The position numbers and the translations under genes are program-made. Below, one piece after another: positions 26,783-42,821 of a stretch of 64,000 nucleotides of DNA. The notes under the pieces were generated by a model. That model was not told where the DNA came from and did not search any database. It saw only the letters and a program-made list of their open reading frames with translations. The DNA is from Octopus vulgaris. Its lineage: Eukaryota. Each line of letters begins with the position of its first letter. Within the stretch, counting starts at the first letter, position 1. The stretch covers positions 83,142,001 through 83,206,000 of the forward strand of contig OX597826.1 in the NCBI GenBank assembly GCA_951406725.2, written 5' to 3'.

Positions 26783-27566
26783 TATTTAGAAACTTTTTTT
26801 TATTTTCTTCTTTCTTATTTCTTATTTATTTAATCAATTTAAACGTCCGTGTAAAAGTGTTAAATCAACTCAAATTGCGAAAGATATATAATATCCCTGA
26901 TGAATTAAACAAAACCAACAATTTAAAGAGAATAAAATGGGAAAAATATAAAGAGCTATTAAATGATTTGTTTAATTTTTTTTTTATAGTCTCCATGAAT
27001 TAGAAGATCTTACTTAAGGTTAGTGGTTCCTCCAAAAAAGACATTTCGCCTCCAACTTTGGTAATTTTTTCATAAGACCAGTTTAAAATGTTTCAGACTG
27101 ATAATTTTTGCATTAAAACAAATAAAGTCACAAGGCTTCTGTATAGTTTCCACTAGAATTTGAAGGGGATTTTGATACGACCTGTTTATGAAAGAATATC
27201 GCTGAAAAGAACATGGCTCGTTCGAAGCAGGAAACCTTTTTGCTAATCTTACACGTTGCCTGATAAAATTTATAATCTGGCTGAGATAATAGATTAAGGT
27301 TTGGTAGCTTATTTCTTTATTTTACATGTGGGTTACTCATGTGGGGCGTTGATTTTTAGATGTAAAGTTTGGTTTGTTGCAAATATATGTTCTACAATGT
27401 TCGCTGTAGCACCGGCTCTTGTTGTTGTTGACGTTGTCGTTGTCGGTGGTGGTGGTGGTGGTGGTGGTGGGTGCTTAGTCCTGAAGAATCCTGACCAAGT
27501 AAACCTATAACGAAAAGGAATTCCAGCTGTCGTTTTAAGGATCACGTACAACTACATTACCTAATA

Positions 27567-28714
27567 CAAGGGTCAGCCGAAAAGTTCACAGGCTGACCAA
27601 GATCCTCTCATAGAATGTGACCAAATGGGGTTTATTTTTCAACAGAGACCCCCTTTTGATCATCTCACTTCTTTCATCAGTGTTGCAGTGCTTGGATTCC
27701 ATTGGAGAAGCAGCTTTTATCCTGTGGCTCAAAAAAGTCAACAGCAGCACATATGACGTCATCATCACAGCGATAATGGTTCCCAGCTGAGTGGGGTTTT
27801 TTTTTACATGTTGGGGGACAGATGATAATCAAATGAGACCAAATCAGGAGAGTAGGGATAGTGATTAACCAGTTCAAATCCAAAGTCACGCACAAGAAGC
27901 CATTAAAACCAAGGACTTGTGTTCTGGAGTATTGTCCTGCTGGAACAAGATCCCACCCCCTTTCGTCAGTTTTCCTGGCCGTTTGGTCTTGATAGACTTT
28001 TGTAAGCGCCTCATCAAGTTGGCATAGAACTCTTCATTGAAGGTGTGACCTTTCTGAAAACAGTGAATAAACACAATGCCTTTTTCATCCCCAAAAACCG
28101 AGGCCATCACCTTCCGAGCTGATGAGACGCCCTTGGCCTACTTTGCAACAGGTAAGGCGGAGTGTTTCTACTGCGTGGATTGTCTCTTTGTCTCTGGCAC
28201 AAAGGGATGAGCCCAATACTCATCTCTGTGTTAGGAAACGTTCCAGAAAACAACCAGAATCTGCCTCAAACAATGAAGGGATCCGTCTGGTGAGCGTTTG
28301 GTCAGGTGTCAGATGACGTGGCACCAACCGAGCAGAAACTCTCGTCATGCCAAGTTCATTGTGCTGACTATTCTCAACTCTCTCAACAGATATGCTAATA
28401 GCATTGGCTATTTGATTTAGAGTCATCCGCCTCTCAACCATCACCATCAATCAATGTTTTCCTTGGTGGTGGCATTTGCAGGACATCCAGAGCTTTGGTC
28501 ATCTTCAACACACTCCCTTCCCCTCCTAAATTTTCTTTTGCACTCTTGATAAAACTGGTCATTTGCTAGTGTGACAACTTGTTAGCATGAAAGTCCTTGG
28601 GGGTTAAACCCTTTTTCTAGTTTATCTGGATAGAAACAAATTAGTTATTAATAAGAAGAGTTGAAATAAATGCAAGATTTCACAGCATTAGCATCACTCC
28701 TTCATAGTCAGCCT
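27567..28714 (-). mobile_element. Mariner family A, copy 1, defective
   Basis: TA+CAAGGGTCAGCCGAAAAGTTCACAGGCTGAC end; LTLNQIANAISIS.ERV...HNELGMTRVSARLVPRHLT, MASVFGDEKGIVFI..QKGHTFN..YANL, ILFQQDNTPEH; far TIR truncated. Confidence 0.88.
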
Positions 28715-29163
28715 TTTGGGGGTCAGTTATTCTTGATTTAAGTGGATGGAGGGAGATGATTTGACTGATATTTCTAGCAATCAAATGACCAGGTAAGGCT
28801 ACCTTTTTTTTTCTTTTTTAGTTGTTATAATGTTGGCGTCTTTAATTTCTGAGTTGTGGATCTACTAATGGTTCTGTCAGTGAAAATCTGTTGTTCCTTC
28901 GAATGTTTTTGTCTTTTTTATGATCTCTTCTCCAGACATTTCAAAGAGCAGTTCACTGCCATTCCAGGTCTGGCATTATTATTTCTCCAAAGTCTGAACT
29001 TGTAAGATCTATAATGCTGCTGTTGTTGTTGTTATCGTCGTTATTGTTATTATTATTATTGTTATTGCTCTTTTCAACTGAATGTCACGAAATGTTACAG
29101 CACTGTAAATCTAAATTATTGTTGTTTTTACTACTTACCTGGGAAGAGGAACGCGAGGGGAAT

Positions 29164-29246
29164 GAGAAGAAGAAGAAGAAGAAGAAGAAGAAGAAGAAGA
29201 AGAAGAAGAAGAAGAAGAAGAAGAAGAAGAAGAAGAAGAAGAAGAA
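29164..29246. repeat. (GAA)n microsatellite
   Basis: Directly visible. Confidence 0.95.
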
Positions 29247-29669
29247 ATCGATTACGTCATCAATGATGATAGTAAATTATGATGGGGAATGATGAATAAA
29301 AGATAAAGGAAAATTAATGCAAGAAAGAAAGAGAAACCTCGACAACAACAGTAACAGCAACAGCAACAGTGAAATATCTGTTTTAGTGAGAACATAATGC
29401 TAAGTTTTATGTCACAAGACTATCATAATCTTTGCAGCGACATCGCCAAATAGCCATCTTGTCATTCTGCTATACGCGTCAGCAGAAAATCTCTTGTGTG
29501 GTTATTCGACGCGCTAAACATAACAGACAAATCTCCCTAACTTCTTATAAACAAATGCACACATTGCATAATGTGATCTGAGGAACCCTGCATGTAAAAA
29601 AAAGGGTTGATGGAATATTGTATTCGATTAGGTTCCACTAGGGATCTCCTTGGCCTAAACTATTAATTC

Positions 29670-29850
29670 TTTCTACAAGAGACACGATGCCAGGAAGTTT
29701 GTGAGGAGGGGGGGTTACTTATTTCATCGACTCCGAAAGGAGGAAAGGCAAAGCGGAACTCGGCAGAATTTGAACTCAGAACGTAAAGACGGACGAAATA
29801 CCTCTAAACATTTCGTCCGGCCTGATTCTGCTAGCTCGTCGCTTTTGGCA
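29670..29850 (-). mobile_element. tRNA-derived SINE family A
   Basis: GAAAGGCAAAG..CTCGGCAGAATTTGAACTCAGAACGTAAAGACGGACGAAATAC..GATTCTGCTAGCTCG. Confidence 0.8.
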
Positions 29851-31036
29851 CAATGCCTGCAATTTAAGGAAAAATTGTTTCTTCAACGCTATTAGAATTG
29901 TGCGCACCAGACACTCTCTTAATTCCTTCCTCAGAAACTAAACTAGAAATGTTGAATGAACGGAATACTTCAGTGGTTTATTTTATCGACGCCAGGGGGA
30001 CTAAAAGCCAAGTTAACTCCAGTAGGATTTCAACCTTGCTAACCAAATAAGACAAAACAAAGAGAACAGATACAAATAGCGAAGACAGAGGATATCAGGA
30101 AGTATAGGAGACGAAACTGGGAACGGAACCTGATAATTAAAAGCCTTACCCAACCCCACTCCCGAAACAACATAACTTCCACGCATCTACCATCTTCCAC
30201 ACTCAAAATGAAATCCCAAAATGTGAAGATTTCAATTACTGGGATGGGGGACAATATGGTCGTCACTCCTGCGTACTTTTATTTAGAGCGACTCTCTTAG
30301 TGATTTCCATTAAATAATAAACTCCAATGACGATTGAATGTGTTAGCATTGTGGAATCTGTCTCCCGTAAGTAGTCCACCTCCCTCCCTTTCTCTCACGC
30401 GCACAAAACTATAGACAGAATGCTTTGTACTATTTATTATGTGAATTTCCATTCAGAGATCGAATCTCGCTCAAGTTGACTTTATATTTCAATTACCCGA
30501 AAAGGAGAACGGTTCAATGACACAAGTTGGCAGTCTTTGAACGATTTCATTGATTGAACGACTCGCATCGGGTTTGAACTGGGACCCAAGCAAGACAGGA
30601 ACCATCGAAGCATTCCTGTTTGTGACGGCTCTTAATGTGCTACTACCATACACTCTTTCCCCCGCAGCTGGTATCCACCCGATGAACCGCTTTTACATTC
30701 ATCCAAACCTCAGGTCCATATTTAACAGGATGTATAAAGTGTTTGTAATATATACCACCATATACACACACACACACAATATATACATATATACAAAAAT
30801 ACACCCATACATACGTTCATCCATACATGCATGTATACACGCATTCTTCCATTCATTCATAAATGCATATATGTATATATACATATATATATATGCGTAT
30901 ATATATATATATATATCATATATATTGGCCAGCTCGTTTAGCCAGCGGGGTGGCGTCATTCGAAGGCTAAAACAATGCGAACGCATTGTGACCAGCGATG
31001 TGTAACTACATCTGATGGACTGGTCGGTCACGTGAT

Positions 31037-31099
<63 letters not shown>

Positions 31100-32311
31100 C
31101 ATACATACATACATACATACATACATACATACATACATACAAACACACACACACACACACATATCCCTACATTCATCCATACATACATATGTAAGCGTTA
31201 TCTGACTGAATGGTAAAAAATCTTGCCTCCACCCCACTCCTATGTTGGCGTCTTCGACGACATCAACTTTCTGCAGCCTCGAATCGACTCATATTGCATC
31301 GATTCGATTGAAACTGTACTGAAACTCGTCCAACGGATTGTCTTTGTATGGCTGAGAAATACATTAAGAATGCACGTCCGTGTAATACCCAGCAACCACC
31401 ACATTAGTACAAGGGCAGGTAATTCAGTTGATCGCATAAGGGAATCCTCATCGTCAGACGACGGCAACTGGCATGTGTGTGCTCGTACGGACGATGGATG
31501 TTGTACTGTTTAAACAGCATATCTCAAGACTAATCGGTAGAACTTAGAATGGAATGCCTTCCGATATTTGTTCCCGTTCTCTGTCTTCAAATTCTATCGA
31601 GGTTAAGTTTTCCTTAATTCTCTTCAGAGTCGAAAATAAAGCACCAATCAAATACTAGAATCGAAACCACCCTCTTGGAATTAGCTATGTAAAGTAGACA
31701 AAAAAAAAGGAGTATGGATATTGCTCCTCAAGCATTCCTTTCAATATTACTTTGTTAAATCATGGCTAAAATCAATCCGAGGAAGATAAATTTTTTCTTC
31801 CCCACAAAAATAATTTTTTTATTTCACTTTTTAGTGGCATCAAACCAATCTAGAAAGAATGTACCCTCAGCATAAAAGAGACGATGCATTTCTGGCCGAT
31901 GTGTCTGAAAGGTCATCAGAATGTTGACGTGGTAATGGCGGCATGAAAGCGACGGTAACATTCTGCCCAGTTAGATGCAGATAATAAGTAACCTATTGCA
32001 TGAGTATGAGTGCATGGGAGAGGAGGGAGGGAAGCGATACGGATTAACTTATCGCTGGGTTTACCAATTCACAGACTCGGTGTTCAGCTCTTCTCAATCT
32101 CAAAATGCATTTTCACTTTTCGAATCCCTGATGAAGATGAGGTGTTTAAAAGAACCTGAAGACCGAAAACGCGAAACCGGTTTCAACCGACACACTCGGT
32201 TCACTTGTATTGCTTCATAAACATACATTACTTTACATCTCTCTCTCTTCTTTTCTCTCTCTATCGATCTCTTTCCCTTTCTCTCTCTCTTTCTCTCTCC
32301 CTCTCTCTATT

Positions 32312-32342
<31 letters not shown>

Positions 32343-32410
32343 TTCTTCCTCTCTCTCCTCTAACAACCGCCGAAATCCTGCTGATAGCTTTTCTATGCAT
32401 GATGAGTGTA

Positions 32411-32481
<71 letters not shown>

Positions 32482-32877
32482 ATGCGTGTGTGCATGTGAG
32501 AAGGGAAAGCACAGCTGATTTCTCATGTATCGTGGTTTATTTATTTTCCTCTGTGCTTCCATAGGGATTGTGGTTACAAGATAGGTTCCAACGAATATGA
32601 GTCCGTTCCAGTGCGGCTGGCGAAAGTATGCTTGCCACCACATACTCCATACGCGCACACATGCACACGCACATGCACGCACACACAAACACACACTCAC
32701 AAGAGTCAATCATAAACATGCAAACACACACATCTACATTTGCACATCTACTCATGCACATATACATACATACACACATACACATACGTACATACATACA
32801 TACTTGCATATTCATCCACACGGACGTGTATATACATAGAGAAATCACACACTCATACACAGCTACATAGATACAGA

Positions 32878-32911
<34 letters not shown>

Positions 32912-33164
32912 ACAGGCGCACAGATGCACGTCGACAGATTGAGAGCCAGCGGCAAGCAGAGTGTCGCGCACACAGACACACACACACTGACGCCGCAGCA
33001 GCGGAGAGGCTGAGAGATAAAACTCCGTTCGACAACTGCTTTTATCGCGGAACCAACCGTTCTTATCGTCATTTTTGTTCTGATTAATTTTATTTTTGCA
33101 GTCAGTCGATATTCATTCCCCATCATACACACACACACACACACACACACATTCACACACACAC

Positions 33165-33225
<61 letters not shown>

Positions 33226-33299
33226 CACGCAAATTCGCGCGCCAAAGATGCCTTCATACAAAAGAGCAACACACATTTTGGTTTTATCGTATGGGTCAA

Positions 33300-35340
<2,041 letters not shown>

Positions 35341-37254
35341 CATCAATTCCGTCCATCCATCGTTGCATTTATGAAAGCTGTTTTAAGTTTCCTTTTCTTG
35401 TTTGCTGCTGTTTTTCTTCATGATTTCTGTTTTTGTTTTTTTTTCTTACCTTTTGTGCCTCAATAGACTTTTCATTATCATTCATAAATGCACCTTTAAT
35501 CAGCCGTGTAGTTCTGTAGCAAGGGGGTGTCAAGGAAAGAACGGCCAGAGAAGGTATTGCAGTTTCTGTATGGATTTCTTCGCCCGTTTATTGCTCTGTT
35601 CACTAATGTAGGTATTGGTGCAGTGAGGAGTAACACTTGTTCAATAATCGTGTTAAGTGTTTCTTGTTACTGTTCAAGGAATGTTCAGTTGTTTTTACTT
35701 TGTCTTACGCTTTTTTATGTAGTCTTTTCTTTTTTATTTCCTACTTGAAACACAACATTTGTAAGAAAGGACAATTTAACTACTTTATATTATATATTCT
35801 GTGTATCGGACGAACGAGATCAGTTTCTACGCTGCCGCTCGACCTGCCGGAAATAACAGCCAAAATATCCTTCAAATCACGCTGTACTGTCTTGATAGGA
35901 GGGAGAAAGTTTTGCAGCCTTCATTCTGGCTCTTTAAGTTCTGAGTTCAAATCCCTCCGAGATCAATTTTGGTTGTTTTTCTTTTTTTTTTTTTTTTTCG
36001 ATGTCGGTAAAGCGCCAGTCAAATACTCGGATCGATTCTTTTTTCTTTTTTTTTCCTCTTATTCTTTAAGAATTCTCTTTAAATAGCAATATGGCGTCTT
36101 GTAAAAATGAACGCTGTTGATTATATGTTTTCTTACTGAGGACCTGGGTCTAAGCAATATCAGCCACGATATGTGATAAACGAATTAACGAAGTGCCAGA
36201 ATTAGCAGTTGAATTGGTTTCCAACCATTTCATTGAATCTATGCAGGGTCCAGAATAATGTAGTCTCGGCTCGCCTCAAAGAAACATCAGAGTGGTGGTC
36301 ACAACTTGGACACTTTTAACCATAAGTTGACTCGAACATGTCTCCTCTGTGGTTAAATAAGAGCAATAACACCATTGTATGTTTGTCAATTTGTTGTGGT
36401 GCTGGTGAGAAGTCCGGGTGCAAATCTGATATAACAAACTCATGATCAAAACCATTCCAGCCGAGACCATTCCGTCTTTCTTTTTTTCTCTCCTCAATAG
36501 TAGAGACATGTTTCTATCGGATCGGCAACTGCATAGGAACGTCTTCCGTTGATTTGTAAAAGGGTGTTGATTTTACCATCTCTGGTGCCAGGTGGCGAAA
36601 CTGAAAGGAAAATTCTGTCGTAGTAGGAATTGAACTCAGTAGCCAGAGACAACGAAACTAAATAGAATTGAAAACACTCAACAGTCTGAGCCATCTCAGA
36701 CCTCAGCTGCAACTCCGCATGCCCGCTGTATCGAGAATTTCTTTTGATATTTGTTGACAACTTTCTTGAAGATATTGTGTAGTGTATGCATTAGCTCTGC
36801 CAATTCTACCTGGAATGGTTTGATGTGGACACAGCTATAGCTGTTTGCTTAACAAGTTCACTTCATGGCTACGTGACTTTTGAGATCCATTTCCTCTGCG
36901 TGCCAGCAGTTTGAGGCACAAATGTCGCCTTTTATATTGACCAGATTATAATTTCGTCACCAGAAACTCTGTTAATTTCGGTGGACGATGAGATCACACG
37001 ATCACGTCATTCGTGGTAGACATAAACGCCTACATTGGCCCTTTGATTCCTTTAGTAGAGTCCACTCGATGGTAAACAACCGGGTTAGACATCCGGTTGG
37101 GGGATAAACTTCTACCCTTCCTTCCACAACTTCAGCGGTCTTAGAAAGTCTCATCGACGCCGTATTTCCTCCTCAGTCTAAACCACAAAAGAACGAAATT
37201 TGAGAAACGGTTACTTTTGCGATTTGGGAGTGGAGCAGCTACAACCAGATTTTT

Positions 37255-37314
<60 letters not shown>

Positions 37315-37504
37315 ACTCATTGAAGGAAGGAAGGCGGTCACACAACAGAATGGACTCTGCTAAAGGGACCCAAGTGCCTGGTGGTGGTGTTAAACCCCGG
37401 CAACGCTTGATCTCCTCCAACAGGTAACGTGTCCGTCTACAACGTTTCCTGGATTTGGTCGAACTCGGGCAAGAGTAGAAGACATTCGCTCAACCGGCTG
37501 CACC

Positions 37505-37611
37505 CTTGTTGTTGTTGTTGTTGCTGTTTCTGCACTTATTGTTGCTATGGTTACGGTCACTGTTGCCGTTCTTGTTTTACTCACCGTCGCAGCTGTTCCC
37601 GTTGTTGTTGT

Positions 37612-37652
<41 letters not shown>

Positions 37653-38066
37653 CTGCTAGTGCTGGTGGTGCTGCTGCTGTTGTTGTTGTTGTTGTTGTTG
37701 TTGTAGTTGTTGTTGTTGTTGTTGTTGATGATGATGTTATTTTGACAATGTGATGAAATATAAAAAAAAATGTCAGATTATTTACTGCTCACGCTTTTTC
37801 ACTTTTTTCTCTCAACATGTCTGCATACTTCTTCTCTCGCTCTCTCTCGCTCTCTTTCCTTCTCTCCCTTCTCTCTCTTTCTATCTCTCTTTCTCTCTCT
37901 CTTCTCTCTCTCCCTTCTCTCTCTTTCTCTCTCTTCTCTCTCTTTCTCTCTTCTACCTCGCTTTCTCTTTCTGTCTTCTCTCTCTTTCTCTTCTCTCTCT
38001 CAATCTTTCTTTCTATTCTTTCTCTTTCTCTCTTTCTTCTCCCTCGTTCTCTCTCTCCTTCTCTCC

Positions 38067-38106
<40 letters not shown>

Positions 38107-38115
38107 TACACACAC
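37505..38115. repeat. (GTT/GCT)n then (CT)-rich and (CA)n low-complexity block
   Basis: Directly visible. Confidence 0.9.
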
Positions 38116-38299
38116 AATCACGTGCACATACGCTGACACAAACCCTGGCAAACACCAAAACATGATGCCACACAACCAGCAGAATGTCTTTCCGCCGGTG
38201 GAAAAGGCATGCCAGCCACCTCAGCTTTGAATCTGTGCAAAACAGGAAATTGCAAACAGATCACGTGGTCCTGAAGAAGATTTCCTTCCGCCTTCGCCA

Positions 38300-38735
38300 A
38301 GCATCTTTATCGAGACAAATGTAAACTCATGTGGGCCACACACTGGGCCACGTGTCTTCTACTCTAGCCCTGGGCCGACCACTGCCCGCATGAATGGGTT
38401 TGGTGGATGGAAACTGAAAGAAGCCTAATTTATTTATATCCATGTGTGCGCGTATGTATGTGTGGGTGTGCGAGTGTGTGTGTGTGTATGTATGTGTGTG
38501 CGCGTGCGCGTTTCTTTGTCTTTGAGGTTGCGTTTGTCTCCCTCTACCGTCTGACAATCGGTACTTGTTTGTTTACGTCCCCGTTAAATAGCGGTTCGGT
38601 AAAGAAGGTTGATAGAATAAGTACCGCACTGTTGAAGAAATAAATATTGGGGTCGATTCGTTCGCCTAAAATGCTTCTCGAGGCGGTACCCCAGTATGAC
38701 CGCAGTCCGTTGACTGAGATAAGGAACAGACGAAG
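38300..38735 (+). mobile_element. SINE family B with internal TG-rich tract
   Basis: GTGTCTTCTACTCTAGCCCTGGGCCGACC..GGAAACTGAAAGAAGCC..TTGTTTACGTCCCCGT..GATAGAATAAGTAC..CCCCAGTATGACCGCAGTC. Confidence 0.8.
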
Positions 38736-39139
38736 GGTAAACATTTCTTCATTGAAGTCTCTCAACAATATTTGTCCTCGGCGTCCGTGAATCTCTTCTA
38801 AACCTGGCCCTGTTTACGCCAGTATTCAAACCATTCCCTCTCTTGTTCACAGTCGCTGTTACCGATTCATCAGTGGTGTTTAGTGGTAGGCATGAGGTTT
38901 AGGCTCTCGGCCTCTGTAGGTCTGTGAGGCTGAGACTGGCAAGGACGAACCGTCGTTTCCCTGCCTAACCCTCTTTTCTGACACTGGTCCTGACACATTT
39001 TGCTGTAAAGGGAACTCTGGAGAGTATTCCCCTACTTTTAGCCAATGTAAGGACATACAAAGACATCAAAGACATCAAAGACATGAAAATTTGTGGCATT
39101 AACCAAGTAAGTACTAATCTTCAACCCCACCCATCCCTC

Positions 39140-39172
<33 letters not shown>

Positions 39173-39819
39173 TATCTCTCTCTCTCTCACTCTCTCTCTC
39201 TCTCTCTCCTTTCTTTCTCGTCGGGTTGTTTACTATTTTGCCAGTTTCTAAATGATGTTGCGAACATTTTGTAGCAAACCTGAGTTCTTTCAAATCCACG
39301 TCGTCCGATATCTTTACTTTCAACTTTGTAACAACTTTATTAATATCGATCCGTCGGGATCGATTTCTTCAAATTAACAGAAACAAAAATTATTTGCTGA
39401 TTAAAGCACACGCCCCTCTATTTTCCATTTATTCTATTCACACGAGATAGTCGACTTCATCATTATGAAATATTGAAGTCAATTCTATCGCATATCGATT
39501 CTCTAACCATTTTCGAAACCCCTTTCTCTTCTCTTTATATTTCTCTAATCTTTTCTCGACAGGATTTTTTTTCTTTTTTTTTTACTTCCTGTATTTGTAC
39601 CGCATTGTTTTATTCTTATCAGTTCTTCGCTTGTTTCGCATCTCTCTGATTCTCCTACTCACACTCACAGCATAAGTGTTTTGGTCGTAACTACTTTCAA
39701 AAATTTTCTGCGAATTCTACTATTTTACAATCTTTTCAAAAGTTTTCTTGTCTTACAAAGTAACAAAACCAGGATTACCAAATTTTGAAGATTAAAATTC
39801 TTTCTTGTTAAAGAAGAGA

Positions 39820-40470
39820 GCAAGTATTTTTGAGGGGAGGGGCGATCGATTACAACAACGCCTGTACTTGATTAATATTTTATATTATCGTCTCTCCGAA
39901 AATTTGAAAGCAAAGTTTATCTCGCTGGAATTTGAACTCAAACCGAAAGAAATACAGCAAGGCATTTTTCCGACCGGCCAACGATTCTACTAGCTCGCCA
40001 TCCAAATAATGGTTTTAAATTTTGGCACAAGGCCAGAAATTTCAGGGTGGAGATGTTTAGTTGATTACATCGACCCGAGTGCGTAACTGGTACTTATTTT
40101 ATCGACTCCAAAAGGATGAAAGGTAAAGCTGACCTCGGTAGAATTTGAACTCGGAACGTAAAGACGGCGGCCGAAATACTACTAAGCATTTTGCCTGGCA
40201 TCCTAACGATTTTGGCAGCTCATCGCCTTTTGGCGTCTAAATAATAATAATTGTTTCTGGTTATGGCACAAAGAAGACAGTTTTTGAGGGGAGGGAATTA
40301 ATCGATACCATCAACGCCACTACTTGACTGACACTTTACTTATCGACCACAAAAGGGTGAAGCGAATAATTGACGTCGAAATTCATTTGAACACAGAGTA
40401 AAATGGTAGGATCAATTTTACAAGGCATTTTTATTGATGCTCTACCGATTCTCCCACACCTCCGCCTTGT
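39820..40470 (-). mobile_element. Three tandem, co-oriented family-A SINEs (about 39820-40000, 40010-40230, 40260-40470)
   Basis: Each has TTT(T/C)(G/A)(A/G)GGG..GAT..ACTT..ATCG.C..ATTTGAA; best copy 40010-40230 (GGCACAAGGCCAG..GGATGAAAGGTAAAGCTGACCTCGGTAGAATTTGAACTCGGAACGTAAAG..GCAGCTCATCGCC). Confidence 0.8.
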
Positions 40471-40869
40471 ATCCTTCAGATCTAGTTTTTTTTTTATTCG
40501 CAAAATATGCATTTTTTTAAAAGACAGTAAAAAAATCTGAAAATTGGCTATAATAATATAGTTTTCCAATCTTATTGCTATGAAAGTATGATGCTGTGGA
40601 GAAAAAATTGGAGGCAAAAGTCACTGGTTTAAAAATCGAAGAAAAAAAATCTGTAATTTTAGCCAAAAGCGAGACAGAAATTTTCTGCGTTTAGCGGAGC
40701 GGTAACAGTTTTAAGGTTGTACCCTGTAAAGTTTATAGTTTAACGTCTGTGAAATGACCTGGTCATTGAAGGTTTCTAAATAAACCTAATAAAATCAAGA
40801 TGTATCATCTCACTCTTTCTTTTGCCTCTTCATTGATTGTATTTCGGGTTGGACAGCGTTTAATCGATT

Positions 40870-40997
40870 AAATCGTGCCTCGTGCAATGTCTGAGGCCTT
40901 ATTTCCTCGAATCTAGAACAATGAAAGGCAAATTGAACTTCGGCAAGATTTGAACTCAGAATGTTAACAACCAGAACGAAATATTTCACCCGATGCT
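40870..40997 (-). mobile_element. Family-A SINE body whose 5' head runs into the minisatellite
   Basis: ATGAAAGGCAAATTGAACTTCGGCAAGATTTGAACTCAGAATGT..GAAATATTTCACCCGATGCT abuts the first repeat unit. Confidence 0.75.
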
Positions 40998-42821
40998 CCA
41001 CGGATTGAGCCCGTCCTCTTCTGCCTTCTCTACGGATTGAGCGCGTCCTCTTCTGCCTTCTCCACGGATTGAGCCCGTCCGCTTCTGCCTTCTCTACGGA
41101 TTGAGCTCGTCCTCTTCTGCCTTCTCCACGGATTGAGCCCGTCCTCTTCTGCCTTCTCCTCGGATTGAGCCCGACCTCTTCTACCTTCTCCACGGATTGA
41201 CCCCGTCCTCTTCTGCCTTCTCTACGGATTGAGCCCGTCCTCTTCTGCCTTCTCTACGGATTGAGCCTGTCCTCTTCTGCCTTCTCTACGGATTGAACCC
41301 GTCCTCTTCTGCCTTCTCCACGGATTGAGCCCGTCCTCTTCTGCCTTCTCTACGGATTGAGCCCGTCTTCTTCTGCTATCTCCACGGACTGAACCCGTCC
41401 TCTTCTGCCATATCCACAGACTGAACCCGTCCTCTTCTGCCTTCTCCACGGATTGAGCCCGTCCTCTTCTGCCTTCTCTACGGATTGAGCCCGTCCTCTT
41501 CTGCCTTCTCTACGGATTGAGCCCGTCCTCTTCTGCCTTCTCCACGGATTGAGCCCGTCCTCTTCTGCCTTCTCCACGGATTGAGCCCGTCCTCTTCTGC
41601 CTTCTCTACGGATTGAGCCCGTCCTCTTCTGCCTTCTCTACGGATTGAGCCCGTCCTCTTCTGCCTTCTCCACGGATTGAACCCGTCCTCTTCTGCCTTC
41701 TCCACGGATTGAGCCCGTCCTCTTCTGCCTTCTCCACGGATTGAGCCCGTCCTCTTCTGCCTTCTCCACGGACTGAACCCGTCCTCTTCTGCCATCTCCA
41801 CAGACTGAACCCGTCCTCTTCTGCCTTCTCCACGGATTGAGCCCGTCCTCTTCTGCCTTCTCTACGGATTGAGCCCGTCTTCTTCTGCCTTCTCCACGGA
41901 TTGAGCCCGTCCTCTTCTGCCTTCTCTACGGATTGAGCCCGTCCTCTTCTGCCTTCTCCACGGATTGAACCCGTCCTCTTCTGCCTTCTCCACGGATTGA
42001 GCCCGTCCTCTTCTGCCTTCTCTACGGATTGAGCCCGTCTTCTTCTGCCATCTCCACGGACTGAACCCGTCCTCTTCTGCCATCTCCACAGACTGAACCC
42101 GTCCTCTTCTGCCTTCTCCACGGATTGAGCCCGTCTTCTTCTGCCTTCTCTACGGATTGAGCCCGTCCTCTTCTGCCTTCTCCACGGATTGAGCCCGTCC
42201 TCTTCTGCCTTCTCTACGGATTGAGCCCGTACTCTTCTGCCTTCTCTACGGATTGAGCCCGTCTTCTTCTGCCTTCTCCACGGATTGAACCCATCCTCTT
42301 CTGCCTTCTCCACGGACTGAGCCCGTCCTCTTCTGCCTTCTCTACGGATTGAGCCCGTCTTCTTCTGCCTTCTCCACGGACTGAACCCGTCCTCTTCTGC
42401 CATCTCCACAGACTGAACCTGTCCTCTTCTGCCTTCTCCACGGATTGAGCTCTTCCTCTTCTGCCTTCTCCACGGATTGAGCCCGTCCTCTTCTGCCTTC
42501 TCCACGGATTGAACCCGTCCTCTTCTGCCTTCTCCACGGATTGAGCCTGTCCTCTTCTGCCTTCTCTACGGATTGAGCCCGTCTTCTTCTGCCATCTCCA
42601 CGGACTGAACCCGTCCTCTTCTGCCATCTCCACAGACTGAACCCGTCCTCTTCTGCCTTCTCCACGGATTGAGCCCGTCCTCTTCTGCCTTCTCTACGGA
42701 TTGAGCCCGTCCTCTTCTGCCTTCTCTACGGATTGAGCCCGTCCTCTTCTGCCTTCTCCACGGATTGAACCCGTCCTCTTCTGCCTTCTCCACGGATTGA
42801 ACCCGTCCTCTTCTGCCATCT
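40998..42821. repeat. Minisatellite, 57 x 32 bp, consensus CCACGGATTGAGCCCGTCCTCTTCTGCCTTCT
   Basis: 1824 bp = 57 x 32 exactly; contiguous units without spacers; point variants only. Confidence 0.97.

Noticed and set aside
40998-42821. CRISPR-like array (repeat length 32 bp)
   Set aside because: Units are contiguous with no unique spacers, there are no cas genes, and the context is eukaryotic
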